A stretch of DNA of 64,000 nucleotides. Origin: the human T2T-CHM13v2.0 reference genome, Homo sapiens. The notes below the pieces were generated by a model. That model made no database searches. It worked only from the letters and a program-made list of their open reading frames with translations, and was not told the DNA's origin. Below are positions 1 through 15,191 of this stretch, one piece after another. The first letter of the stretch is position 1. The number at the start of each line of letters is the position of its first letter. The translations under genes and the position numbers were made by a program. Location: assembly GCF_009914755.1 (NCBI RefSeq), contig NC_060929.1. One strand, 5' to 3'.

Positions 1-584
1 TATCTGTGAAATCGCCTGCTTACTAAAATTTATGTATAAACCCAACATGCACAAGCACAGAACAGCAAAAATTTAGAGTTGCCCAATGCACACATTCCCA
101 GCTGAGGTAGAATTCAGTGATGCTGTATCTTGTTTCAGCTCTCATACTGTAAATATGTGTCTTTTTCACAGCCTATTTAGTGCCACATTTTTGCACTGTT
201 GTGCTTTTTGTTGGCGATTCCACTACGTGGCCCGCAACTTGTAGCACTGAAGTGCTGTCTAGAGTTCCTGAGCTCAAGAAGACTGTGATGTGTCTCATGA
301 AGAAAACACATGTCAGATAAGCTTAATTCAGACATGAGTTATAGTGCTATTGGGCATAAGTTCAATGTTAATGAATCAATGATATTTATGAAATATGGTG
401 TATGTAAACAGAAACACATGTAAAACAAGGCCATGTTGTACTGCTTGGTTAACTAAAATGCAATCAAAGGCTAGTAGGAACCTAATCCTGTATTTTCCCT
501 AGAGACAATGGTTCGGTATTCACTAACTCAGTGTTCACAGAAACTTTCTAGAACCTAACTATCACAAATAACAAGCACTGACTG
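1..584 (+). mobile_element. MER82 (TcMar-Tigger non-autonomous DNA transposon), left end outside window
   Basis: Tracks the remembered MER82 consensus throughout (cccagctgaggt, tgtttcagctctcatactgtaaa, ttcaatgttaatgaatcaa, terminal aataacaagcactgactg). Confidence 0.8.
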
Positions 585-599
585 CATACATAAGCGTTT

Positions 600-1330
<731 letters not shown>

Positions 1331-1712
1331 ACAGACAGTGTTAATACGAATAGTGTTAATAACTTGCTAGCTTAATATTTTTAAAAACTTTTTCCCTTAA
1401 TTACATTAAATGCAAATATTAAAAAAAGCTACTTGTCATATAAACATCTCTAAATCAGTAGATGTAAACACAATAATGCTACAAAACTGCAGGCAAGTTA
1501 ACAGAGATGGTACAGGAATGAAGAAAAGAAGTATAAAGTTGTGGCAGTGAGCTAAATAAAGAAGCACTCATTTTATAGAAAAAAATGTATCTAAAACTAT
1601 AGTCATATCCTGATATACAAAAAAGATAAAGTATTTTGTCTTAAGATAGACTGGATAACAGAGCTAATAGATTAAACTAAAACCAGTGATGAAAAAATGA
1701 CTCAAAATCAAG

Positions 1713-2070
<358 letters not shown>

Positions 2071-2837
2071 TTATCAGAATAATTATCACTACCCAAATAT
2101 TTATGTATTCACATATATTTTATATTCTGCAAAGATTCAGCTACATTATAAAATATGTGAATATAATTACATTTATAATTACTTATCATAAAGATTTTTA
2201 GAACTTCTAATGCCACTCAGTTTATGTATTTTATTTAAGATATTTTACCTGTATTTTTTGGTAGTCACAAGACAATCAACACCCTATGACTTCCCTTTAC
2301 ATGGTAATATTCTAAATAGTAAAAAAGGGGAGGGGAGAATTCCAAACACACATAAGTGTTTACATTGCACAGTAAGTATTCCTGATAATCCAGGGATTCA
2401 ACAAACATAATAAAAACAATGAAGCAGCACTGAAACAATCAAATTTGAGAAAAACCAGACAATACAGTTTCACAATCTCTAATTTCATTTTTAAAAATTT
2501 GATCTTCTCTACTGAAAATCAAAGTAATACAGATGCCAGAATGCCTCTCTGATGATTCTTTTTCTAAAGCTTGCTATCTTGCCTAAGTCACAACTTTCAT
2601 GTAGTTTAAGAAAATATCATATATATTAGAGTATATTAGAGTATACCACATGGGCTTAAAAGAAAAAGAAAATCTTGTATCCAGCTAAGAGAGTATCTAG
2701 TAAGTATTACCATGGGCTACAAGTTAAATCTGAGACCTGTCAATAAAAATTAAAATAATAATTAAATGTGTCCTAACTATCCATAAAGTAGATTATTTCC
2801 TCAGATTATCAAAAGATTAAAATTGCTTCATTGGGAA

Positions 2838-2975
2838 TTATTATTATTATTTTTTAAAGAAATGGTGGTCTCACTGTGTTGCTCAGGCTGATCTTGAACT
2901 CCCAGGCCCAAGCGATCCTCTTGCCTCAGCCTCCCATGTAGCTGGGATTTCAGGCACAAGCCACTGCATCTGGCT
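2838..2975 (-). mobile_element. Alu left monomer (FLAM/AluJ)
   Basis: Alu monomer motifs with an (ATT)n tail. Confidence 0.85.
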
Positions 2976-5900
2976 CAGAAATGTTTATTTTTAACCCAAG
3001 CTAAACTCATAATTAAATCAGGTGATTGACTATAACCTCCAATTCTTTTTAATAATTCATACTTAATTACTTTTTATTATTTAAGTATTTTGAACAATTT
3101 ACCATTAAACATATTCTAATAATGTGTCTATATAATCACATAACAATCCCTTCTCTCACCTTATATCAACACATATCACTATATCTAGTGATCCTGAGAA
3201 ACAAAATAAGTTATGAAAATATAATTATTTAAACTGATGAAGTACTGAATAGTGGAAAGCTACAAATGTGCTACTTGAAATATCAATTATCAAATGTTCA
3301 AAGCCAAAAAGAAAAAAATAAGTCCTTTCTGTTAAATAGTACCTGAAACATAGTAGAAACTCAATAAATATGTATAGAATGAGTAAAATATAAGTAGGTA
3401 CATCTGTGGAAATGTATAGCTAAAATTATAGCGCACATGAATATATAACAACCATAATCTATTTATACTTTAAAATAGATCAAATAATGTATCACAAACT
3501 GGTAAAAGTACCCAGATTTCTGTAAATCAAATAATTATATCTTCAGATAACAGAATCTTTACAGTTAAATTTAGTTATACCCACACATTTATCATAATTA
3601 TTCTTCAACATAATTATCTCAATGGGTTTTCTTTATACTTAGAAAATATATATGTTTTTAAAGTTTCTGATCAATGTAAACAGTAAAAGCATGAAACTTT
3701 TTTTTCAATTACAACCACCCCTGCAAACACCCATCTGGAAAAAGTAAGCCTGTTACTCTCTATGGCAATCATCATATTATTTACAGTGTTCTTAATAACT
3801 ACTGGAACTCATATAGCAATTTTTGAGATATCTTCTACCATGTATACACAAATGGTTGCCATATGGATCTTGAGATGTGGACTATATGCAAAGCTGCTAA
3901 TGATATCAAAGGACCAGATGCTCTAAGCTTATGAATCATTACAATGTTATTAATATCCTTTTATACCACATAGTTTATACCACATAAATAAATAGATGTT
4001 TAAAAATATCTGACATTATATTACATCCTTTGGGTATATCTATGTTGTAGCACATCATAACTAAAACAGATTTTAGTACTAATAAATTTCTATGTTTTCA
4101 ACTTAGTCATTAAAATGATATTTAAAATTACAGTCCTAGTGAAAATAATATATCCTAAAATTCCACATTTTTCACCAAAAATTTGTTTATTAATATTCAT
4201 TGTGCTAAAATGGTAAAAAAAAAAAAAAACTTGAGTCAGTATGCCTCTAACATAGTGACAATATTGCCTACAAGGTTTCTCTGGGAAACAAGATAAACAT
4301 TGAACAGCTGGGAAAACTATAAACTGCTACACAAATGTTAAGCATTATCAATGTGTTTTCATAAGTACAAAAAATATAGCTATTTCTTTGTCTAAAGAGA
4401 CAGGGACAGAAATTATGAGAGACAAATGGAGAAGGTACACCTTATTAACTAAGAAGTAATAAATAACCTTCTTCACATAGTTCCACTTTTGCTTTTTCTT
4501 GCAATATCAAAACTATAATCTAGTCAGAATATTAATCAGTGTTAAAGGGTTGAAAATATTCCAATTGCACACAGTGAAAATTAAATTATGCTTGAAGCTG
4601 GCTTCAAAATACTAATACAAGTATGATCTTGTCTCCAGAAGCCAAGCAGAATTTTCAAGGAGAATACTAGGATCTCTAAATCTCTAGCTAACATGTTAAG
4701 CAGATTCTTACCACCCACATATGTTCTTTAAAAGCTCATTAAGTATTACAAACATTATGTTCCGTCATTATGAAGATGAAATCCCATTAAAAATAAAATT
4801 GAATTTCCTGGAAATGTAAAAAAAAAGTTACGAGGGGCAACAAAAGCGAAATAATAAAATCTCTACCATCTTGATCATCATCATAATCTTGTCTGCTTAT
4901 ATATATTTGAAATTCAATCAAATGAAATAGAGTTAAAAAGAAATAAGTTATCTCTAAAAATACAGCATTCATATCAGAGAATTTTACATATATATTAGTA
5001 TGAAATTATGTCAAAAGGATAGAGGATCTAAAGCTCTGTATTTCCTTAATTAGGACTATAACCAACATTTTTAATGTACACTATAGTGTCTGTACTAAAT
5101 TTAGGGTTACACCAAGGTTGGTGATTCAATCAGAAAGACATTTAAAACAATGATCAGATACCACTTCACAAAATTTACAATACTAATAAATACCCAGGGC
5201 TGTTGAGATTATGAGACCACCTATGCTGTCACAGACTGTTAGTGGACACTGGCCTGACAGAATCCTTTAAGATATAAAATATACACATGTTTTAACCCAA
5301 AATTCACTTCCAGAAATCTAATAAAAACACCCACATGTTCAAAAAGTTAATGTTTTCAAAGATATTCACTAACATATACCAATAACATCCTCAGTGTCTA
5401 ATAAAAAGAATAGCTAAGTGTATTATCATACTTATATACTGGACTGACATAGAAAAATTTCCATGGCATAGTATAAAAATAAAAAGCAAGTTCCTGAACA
5501 ATATATGTAAGAATGGCACCATTTTTTGTATAACATGTGCACGCACACACGTTTATGTAGCAGGAATAAAACATTTTTTGTCTGTTTTTTAATCGACTGA
5601 CATTAAGGTTTCTGCCTGTGTTTAGAAAAATTCCTTACATAAGACGGGTACATAGACAGATAATCAAAGACCAGTAGTATCTCCCCTGAATTTGGAAATA
5701 GCAGCAAGTTAAGAAGCAAAAGAAAATAAAATAAGAAATTGATAGAAGAAACAGACATACAGAGAAAAAGAGGGAGAATATGGCAAGAAACAAGAACTGA
5801 TAACATGTGGAGAAAGAACAGGGTTATTAAACGTTCAATTTTGAATAGTTCACCTTGTTACAACCCTCTCCTCACCACTATGGCTACTCCAACATTCACT

Positions 5901-6929
5901 AAAGTCTACAATACAAACAAAGGCTTTGTGAGAGTGACACTGGGTAAACTGAGCCAAGGAGCTACATTTCACCTCTGAATAGGCAGGAAGCAGAGAACAG
6001 AGAACATTCAGGGAAGGTAAGAGTTTAGCAGTATAAGAACTCCAAGAAAGAGGTTACCCTAACCAAGAAACTTCCAAAGCATATTTGATAATCACCTTGA
6101 CATAATTTTATTTAAATCTCAAAAGACAGAGCAACCTCTGCTAACAACTGCATATGTATGTACATGTGTGGATATGTGTCTGTGCTATATTAATGTATAA
6201 GTATAAGCATATGTTTTAAAAATAAAACACTACATTACCCACATTTGATTTGTTAAAATATATTTTCTCTTTTATTTCACATTGTAAATATTTAATGCTC
6301 CTTTTTCCAAGGAACTAATAACTAATGGAATTTCCAGTTTAGCTTTAAGAACACAGGCCCTCCTAATTAGCAACTGGAGGAATTGCTAATTAGGAATTCA
6401 GAAAGGAGTCTCAGAAAGATGAGAAGAGATGCTCCTGCTCTCTCCCCTGCAGCTGCAGAGCGTATAACATTCTGAGTAAGAGGGCCTGTCCTGATAAGAT
6501 ATAGAACTGAAAGCATTCACATCATAAGTCTAGTATAGAAGCTGTGTATAAAGTTATAACTGCAATCATCCTGCTCTATTTTCTAAGATAAAACAGTTCT
6601 TACAAATGTTATTTGTTTCTCAAGCCATCTGGATTCAAAGAATCTTACTATGTCCTGTGATTCTAACCCATATCTAAAAAACTCTGGTTTTTTAATTGGT
6701 TGTCTCGTTTCAAAAGTGATCGCCCTGGTAAGACTATTTTAATGACATTTCTATTTATGAAGATAAAAATATTTGTCTTTGGATAACTATATTTTTTATA
6801 AATATGGCTTTGCTAACCAGAAAGGCTTTAAAATTTTATCTCTTCCCACCCTTCATGCATAAAAGTAAAATGAGCTAACTAATCTGGTAGATTCCTTATT
6901 TTTTAACATCATGTATATGACTTTTTAAA

Positions 6930-7925
6930 TTGATTAACTGAATTTCATCAAAATTAAGAAATTCTGCACATCCCAAGAGACTGCTTAGAGGATAAGAAGA
7001 CAGACTAGGAGAAAACATTTGCAAGTCATATACTGAAGACTTGTATCCAGAATATGTAAACAACTCTCAGGCTCGTTAACAAGAAAACAAAACAATATAA
7101 AAATGAGCAAAAGATGTGAATGTACACTTCACCAAAGATGACAAATAAGCACATGAAAAGATGTTCCACATTATTAGTCAATAGCAAATGAAAAGTAAAA
7201 CCAAAATGAGATATCCCTACTCAACTATTAGAATAGCAAAAATTTCAAAGACCACCCATACCAAGTGTTGTTGGAGATAAGAAGAAACAAGATTTCTCAT
7301 AAACTACTGGTAGGAGTGTAAAATGTTAAATACTACAGCCATTTTGGAAAACAGTTTGGTTTGTTAAAGTTTAAAATGCACCTACCACAGAATTGAGCCA
7401 TTCTACACCTGGGTAGTTATCCATAAAAAAAGAAAGCATGCGTCCACACAAATACTTGCATATGAACGTTAATAACCATTTCATTTGTAACAGCCAAAAA
7501 CAGAAAACAACCCAAATGGTCATTTGCAGATGCCCAGATAAACAAATTGTAGAATATGCAAACAATGGAATACCATTAAGAAATAAAAACAATGAACTTC
7601 TGATACATACAACAAAAATTAATTGTCCAATAATTATGCTTAATAAAATGAAGCCATTAAGAGTACATAATCTATGATTATATTTATATAAAATTCCATA
7701 AAATTCAAACTAATCGATAGTGACATAAGATCATGGTTGCCTAAAGACAGGGAAAGGGTAGGAAGAAAAGATTACCAAAGGGATAATCCCTTGATAATCA
7801 TTTAGGGAGCAACGGATATCTTCATTATCTTGATTGCATTAATGGTTTTACAAGTGTGCATGTATGTCAAAACTTAGCAAACTGCACACTTTAAACATGT
7901 GCAGTTTATTGCATGTGGGTTATAA
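6930..7925 (+). mobile_element. Old L1M ORF2 end and 3'UTR
   Basis: ttcatcaaaattaagaaattctg, aagcacatgaaaagatgttc, acagccattttggaaaacagtttgg, L1M-type 3'UTR. Confidence 0.85.
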
Positions 7926-8366
7926 AAAATGGAAAAAGAATTATTGAGTCCCAAAATAAATATAAGGCAATGTTACATCACATTTTTAGTAGACTTTATG
8001 GAAAGAAAAGGTAATTAAACACTGAATTAGAGGGACAAATTAGAATTATCAGGCTTTCCAAAGGCAAAGAAAATGAGACTGGGAACATGATGACAAACTA
8101 TGCTAACATTTCTTCACCTGGAAATTTTCCTGTTTACTTTAAATGATAATCCACAGAACCATGCTCCAATAGAAACTATGCTTAAAGGTACTCACATCAA
8201 GTGGACCATGAAGTATATTACAACATCATTTCCTATGAATTAGAAAGTTTCCCCACTTCTCCTTTCAAATATAGCTTTGCCATTAACTAGCTGACCCTAA
8301 TTAGGAATTCATTTAACTGCACTGGGATTAATTTTTGTTCAACATTTCAAGTGGTTATTTTAGACT

Positions 8367-9092
<726 letters not shown>

Positions 9093-9899
9093 TGGACCAT
9101 ATAAACTTGCCTTGAAGATGAAGATGCCTTGCACCTCTAAAATTATTTAATTTCATGTTTATTAAAAATGAGCTCAGGACTTCTGTGTCCATGAAGATGA
9201 AACAGATGTAGTTTTCCCTGTTTTTCCTCCTAAGTACAACAAAAAACTGGACATTACATATAAAAAATAACCTGAAAAGACTGAAAAGTGATGAGAAGAA
9301 AGAAGACCTGCATAGGGACCTCAGGATCCTCAGGACCAAGGAGTGATACGGGTGAGTTCCCTGGATTTTCATTTTGCCTCATATATGCCTGGCTTGGAGC
9401 TAAAACAGCTGGCAGCCAGTGTATCTAACACCCTAGATACATCAATGAGTGCCAAAAACAAAAACAAAAAACCCAAGCTTCATTGCATTTCTGGGTAAAC
9501 TATGGCTCAGAGAAATTAAATGAGTTGTGTTAGTCAAAGAGCTAGTAATTAAGAAAACAGATTTCAAACACATATCTTCTAATGTCAAACCGTGTCTTAT
9601 ATAGCCTAGAATAAATAACAAATGAGTAAATTCAAATTTGTAGAGACTGAATTATGAATGCAAGATAAACCAACTTCTAGGGAAACCGACAAAACAAATG
9701 CATCCCACACCCACCACCACCACCAAAAAAAAAAAAAGAAACCAACTCACTGATACCCATCAAAATGAACAAAAGTAATAGAAAAGAAAATGTAACCTGA
9801 AGACTGCACTGCCCTTCTGGTTAAAACATTTCAGTTGCGGGTGATGAAAAATTAAACTCAAATCACTTAAGCTAAAACACAATTGATCAGAAAGAACGT

Positions 9900-11020
9900 C
9901 AGTGAGAAGGCAAAGTAGGAGATACCAGCCTTCCTCCACCCACAAAAAACTATTATCCACAAACGAAAATAGCTCTAAAAGAGCTCAGGAGTTAAGGAGC
10001 TGCAGCAACACAGTAGAGCAAAAGCCCAAAAATAACTGCCCAAAGATGGTAAAAACAGTCTCATTTTTCCTGAATGAAGCCAACGGTGCTTAGCAATACA
10101 AGGAAACTCCCTGACCCGAGTTCCCTTCACAAGAGAAAAGATTAAGGTAAGCACCAGTTTCTCCATCCTTTTAGGGTTCTGCTGCAGTTATACTCCACCC
10201 AGATCAATGGGGAGACCCGCATAGCTGAGTCACCTGGAAACAGCTAGGAACAAAGAAGTGTGTGGCCTATTGGCATCAACCACATGGCAGGTTGTGGCCT
10301 TCTCAGCAAAAGACTCTAACACCTTTCAACATGGAGAAACTCAACTCAACAGCCCTTGGGGTCACTGCAGATGCCCCACAGTTGTGAGCACTGAGGACCT
10401 CAAGTGTTCATAATCATGAACCCCAGAGGCCTGCTTTGCAGAGGACTCAAGAAGCTTTCACCACTGAGGAAACCAATAGCCAGCCAAGCCACTGCAGACC
10501 CCCAACAGCTTTTACTAACAAGGGCCTACCAGTTTTTCACCTTCTCAGACTTCACTTGCCTAAGCCACCTTAGTAAGCATCACCATGGGCAACCCAGCCC
10601 TGGGAACCAGGGCAGCCACCCCACACATGTCCACTACCACCCCAGGGCCCTGCCACCAGGTTCAGCTTCCACCAGTGTGCACACTGCTGCAATCAGACCC
10701 TGCAAGCGCACACATGCAGATTTCAGGGCTGAAGCCCCAGTGCCAGATCCATAAGCACAGATAAGAGTCCAAACAGCCCTCACAGCTACCAAGGACCTCC
10801 CACAATTCTTGCCACCAATGACTATGTAGCTAACAATAACACAGAGAGCTGCCTGAAATGACGAGACACTGTGCCCCTGCCTCAGACCTGAAGCCACTGT
10901 ATTCCCCCGTACTTAGCACTCCATGCCACTAGACCTGGTTCCATAGCATGCTACACAATATGCCCTCCAGTCAGCCCATCAGTGCTCTCCTCCTGCACAT
11001 AAGATATTCATTTACTGAAG
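9900..11020 (+). mobile_element. Probable old L1M 5' region
   Basis: C/A-rich, GC-elevated sequence typical of L1M 5' ends; L1 sequence resumes after the MaLR insert. Confidence 0.45.
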
Positions 11021-11024
11021 CTTG

Positions 11025-12131
11025 TGATGAGAGTAGCAGGCCCAGTGGTCTCCAAAATGACTTCAGGGTTATTCTTTCCTTGTCTTGGTGAACAGCACCT
11101 GGCTTCTGCCCATCCATACCAATCTCCTTATAACATGTGAACATTCATTTAGCCATACCCTTGGTGCTCTCTCCCAAACACACTTTTTCATTGTTTAAAA
11201 CATGGCCAGGGTGACAATTTTCCAAATCTTTAAAAGTTCTGCTCCTCTTTTGATTATAAATTCCATCTTTAATTTGTTTCTTTTTGCATTTTACTATAAG
11301 CATTTAAGAGAAGTCATGCCTCACCCTCAACACTTCGCTTAGAGATTTCTTCCACCAAATATACTTTTTCACTGCTCAGTAGTACTGCCTTCCACAAATC
11401 ACTAGGACACCAACACAATTCTGCCAAGGTCTTTATTACTTTATAACAACAATAGCCTTTCCTCTCATTTCCAATAAAATCTTCCCATTTCCATCTGAGA
11501 CCTCATCAGAATGGCATTTACTATCCACATTTTTACCAACATTTTAATCATGACTACTTAGGCCATCTCTAAGAAAACTGGGGCTTTCTCTGCAGTTATC
11601 TTCTTCTGAGGCCTCACCACAATTGCCCTTAATGCTCCGTTCATGGCGGTGTAGGCTTTTTCTAGCATGTATGCCAAATTCTTCCAGACTCTCCCCATTA
11701 TCCAGTTCCGAACCTGCCTCCACATTTTTAGTTATTTGTTACAACAGCACCCCACTTCTCAGCACCAATTTTCATCTCAGTCCATTCAAGCTACTATAAC
11801 AAAATACCTTAGGCTGGGTAATTAAACAACAGAAGTTTATTGTTCACAGTTCGGGAGCAGAGTCTGAGAAGTCCAAGATCAAGGCACCAGCAGATCTGGT
11901 GTCTGGTAAGGGCTTGCTTCTCAGAAATGGCACCTTCTATGTGCTCTCAAATGGGGGAAGGCACACATAAGCTCCCTCAGGCCTCTTTTATAAGGGCACT
12001 AATCCAATTCATGAAGGCAGAGGTCTCATGACCTAACCTCTTCCAAAGTCCCCACCTCTTAATACCATCACCTTCGGGGGTTAGGTTTCAAATAAAAATT
12101 TTGAAGAGACATAAAAATTCGAGCACAGCAC
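11025..12131 (-). mobile_element. MaLR (MST/MLT1A-type) LTR (~11774-12131) with adjoining internal sequence
   Basis: MaLR junction cagcaccccacttctcagcaccaattttc followed by LTR motifs (ctataacaaaatacc, gagaagtccaagatcaaggcaccagcagat). Confidence 0.8.
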
Positions 12132-12825
12132 CATATATCTGATCATGACAAACTCCAAAATACATAAGGAACTTATATAACTCAATAGCAAAAACTCAAC
12201 CCAATTAATAAATCAGCAAATGACCTAAACAGACATTTCTCAAAAGAAGAAATTCATGTAAGTACTACACACTAACTGATTGTGCCACTGGAGCACCCGA
12301 AAAGAAGAAATTCAGATGGTCAACAGGTATATAATCTCTAATCAACAAGAAAATATAAAGCAAAACCACAATGAGATATCACCTTACATCTGTTAGAATA
12401 GCTATTAGCAAAGACAAAAGATAACAAGTGTTGGGAAGGATGTGGAGAAAAGTGAATCCTTATACACTGTTGGTGGGAAAGTAAATTGGTATAGTGTATG
12501 GAAAACAGTAAGGAAGTTCCTCAAAGAAATAAATATAGAACTACCATATGATCCAGCAATCCTACTTCTGGGTATATATCCAAAGGAATTGAAAACGGAA
12601 TCATGAAAAGACATCTGCACTCCCATGTTCACAGTAGCATTATTCACAATAGCCAAGTAATGGAAACAACCTAAATATCCTTCAATGGAAGAAAAGATAA
12701 AAATAAAATGTGGTGTGTGTATATATATACATGCACACACATATACACACACACACAATGTAATATTATTCAGCCTTAAAAAAGGATTCTGCCATTTGCG
12801 GCAAGCTGGATGAAACTGGAGAACA
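12132..12825 (+). mobile_element. L1MA/MB ORF2 C-terminal and 3' fragment
   Basis: aaaccacaatgagatatcacc, gaactaccatatgatccagcaatcc, ttattcacaatagccaag. Confidence 0.9.
12257..12299 (-). pseudogene. Tailless retro-fragment: 5' half of pre-tRNA-Ile(UAU) plus 5 nt of probable leader
   Basis: Minus strand cgggt-GCTCCAGTGGCACAATCAGTTAGTGTGTAGTACTTACA versus remembered tRNA-Ile-TAT 5' exon GCTCCAGTGGCGCAATCGGTTAGCGCGCGGTACTTATA: 31/38, with 6 of 7 differences at CpG sites. Perfect 15-bp TSD aaaagaagaaattca at 12242-12256 and 12300-12314. Confidence 0.88.
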
Positions 12826-12952
12826 ACTCAAATAATATCAACAGGACCCAATCTTCGTCCAGCTATTATCTCTGTACTTGGCTCTGCTCTCACAGACCAA
12901 CTCTCACTAGTGGCAAGATGGCCATCAGCAACTCCAAATTTCTATCCCTACT

Positions 12953-13200
12953 CAGGGGCATATGTGTGGGTGTGCATTTGGTGCACCACACAAAGTACCA
13001 AAACAAGGGGGCAAAGGAACTGAATCTAACCAACACGTCACTCAGCTCTGGCATCTATGAGAAAGAGGCATATTTTTCTTCACACCAAGCCATCTTCAGC
13101 AAGTTATGCATTAGAAGACACCTTTCTATAATTCATCCATCAGAGGGGCACTGTTTGGTAATTACTCTCACAGAGACATAACGTAAGCTAGCAGAAGCCT
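12953..13200 (+). mobile_element. MER91-like hAT-Tip100 relic inside an old MLT1-type LTR
   Basis: cagggg...tgcaccacacaaag start and gctagcagaagcctg end resemble MER91 termini. Confidence 0.4.
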
Positions 13201-13429
13201 GACTCAAACAGAAATCCCAAATTCACTCTGATTAAATGTAATTGTTTTGATTTGGGACACAGATCTGTCTCTGAACTAATCACTATAGCCTAGAGCCTAG
13301 ATTTTAAAAATCTCCACCTGAAGTACTTGGACTGAAAATGGCAGGAGTGATTTCCACCCAAAGCAAGATCAGTGTGTTGTTTCAAAGGAAGGGAGAACTG
13401 TACATAAGATAGAAAAAACAACAAATGTC

Positions 13430-13950
13430 CATGGCTTCACAGTACCTTTAGAAAAAAAAATCCAAACTTCTTACTAAGGCCACAAGGCCCTGCATTTGGC
13501 TCAAGCCTATCCCTACAAACCTATCTTGACCCATTCTGTTCCTCTCTCGCTAAGCTCCAACCACCCCGGTCTTCATTCAGTTCCTCAAACATGCGGAGCT
13601 TTTTCTCACTTCAGGTCCTTTGCCCATATTGTTTTACTCTACTGGAATGTTTTCCTCAATTTTTTCATGGCTAATTCTGCCTCATCTTTCAAGACTCAGA
13701 GCAAATGTCAGCTCCTCTGACAGGGCCTTCTCTTCTCCAGGTATTCTCCATCTCAGTCCCCTGCTGCTTCCCTTTGAAATATATATGGCAATATTTTATT
13801 TATTATGTTTATTTTTGTCTTTTTCCCCAGCTTACTATAAACTCCATGAGAAAAACAGTAGAATTCACCAGTAACTTATAGCATTAAAGGAACGTAGCTG
13901 AACTGCAAATGAATTGGGTAAATGTATGGATTAATCAGTGAATTAATGGA
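13430..13950 (+). mobile_element. L2 3' fragment
   Basis: caaggccctgcat, ttcctcaaacatgc, ttcaagactcag, aaactccatgag, TGAA-type tail. Confidence 0.75.
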
Positions 13951-14110
13951 TCTATATTGAAAACAAGAAAAGTCCTAAACACAAACTAAACATACCAAAG
14001 CTATCAACAAGATGCAATTTAATTTGATCCACAACGAAAGTCAACACTCGGTGCTGATAGTTTGCAGGTATAGTTAGGGCTCATTACGAAGTGGAAGACA
14101 TTCTAATTAA

Positions 14111-14240
14111 CCCACTTATGCCTAGCGTTCCATTATTGGGATGCTAAGCATGTGGAAGTTATTTATATCCTACTGCTCAGGGTCATCGCCAAGGTCTGAT
14201 TGCAAAAATTCAAAATATTGCCACCTCAGGTATAAATGGG
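14111..14240 (+). mobile_element. MER85, complete piggyBac (PGBD3-derived) MITE
   Basis: TTAA on both sides (14107-14110, 14241-14244); 13-bp TIRs cccacttatgcct / aggtataaatggg; internal palindrome gttccattattgggat. Confidence 0.95.
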
Positions 14241-14329
14241 TTAAACGTTCTTCTAATTGTCCCTAGCTTAGAAGGGTAGGGGCCAGGGACATGGCTCATT
14301 AGGGAAGGGTGAAAGTACTCCAACCTGGA

Positions 14330-14488
14330 GCTCCTTCAACACGAAGGACTTCTGCCAGCAGATCGCCTTTGGACTCAAACTGTAACTCTTCCCTGGGTCT
14401 TCAGCCTATTGGTATACTCTGCAAATTTTGATCAAGCTTCCATAATCACATGAACCATATATATATAGATATATATAGATATATATAG

Positions 14489-14520
<32 letters not shown>

Positions 14521-14555
14521 GTGTGTGTGTGTTTCTCTCTGGAGAACTGACTCAT
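14330..14555 (+). mobile_element. MLT2 LTR 3' fragment with compound (AT/AG)n(AC)10(GT)6 microsatellite
   Basis: gcctttggactcaaactg, cttccataatcacatga, tttctctctggagaactgact. Confidence 0.7.
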
Positions 14556-15191
14556 CAGTGAGTATGGTCTATAGAGTTTTAAAATTAAAAAGATGTTAAG
14601 TAAGAATTATATACAAAACCAAACTGTATTTCACTTGTCACAAGAACAAAGATTCTTAAGTATATGAGAGTTCAAGAAGTGAATGAAATCTTTGTATCTT
14701 CCTGAAGTTTGTGTTAAAAACACAGTCTAGCTAACTAAAGAAGTGAATAACCGTAAGTCATAAAAACTGGGAAACTACAGAAAAAAGTACTAGTAGTGAG
14801 CAAGAAATCAATTTAAACACAATTTAAATAACTGGCAAACATGATTATAAAACCAAATAAAACTGTTTAATCTTTCAAAGAAAGCTGTATCATATGAAAA
14901 TAATAATGTAATAAACTTGATAAAATACAACTAACAAAAACTGCCGATTAGGCTGGTAGTATAGTGGTTTTTATTTTCATTTTATGAGAAGGAAAAAAGC
15001 AAAAGAACATTAAAAAGTGAAAGTTAAACCAAGCATACAATAAATATAAATAAAATAAATTAATATGTATTAATGCATGACCTTTTCTTTGTATTTTATG
15101 TTTATGATTTTGTCTCACTGACCTTAGATATGCCTTCTTATCAGATATATAAAAGCCTAGGGAAGTTTTGTATCCTTGGTGGTTTCGCCTT

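Noticed and set aside
12257-12294. Functional tRNA gene
   Set aside because: Only the 5' half is present, with no T arm/B box or 3' acceptor strand, and the anticodon and D stem are mutated.
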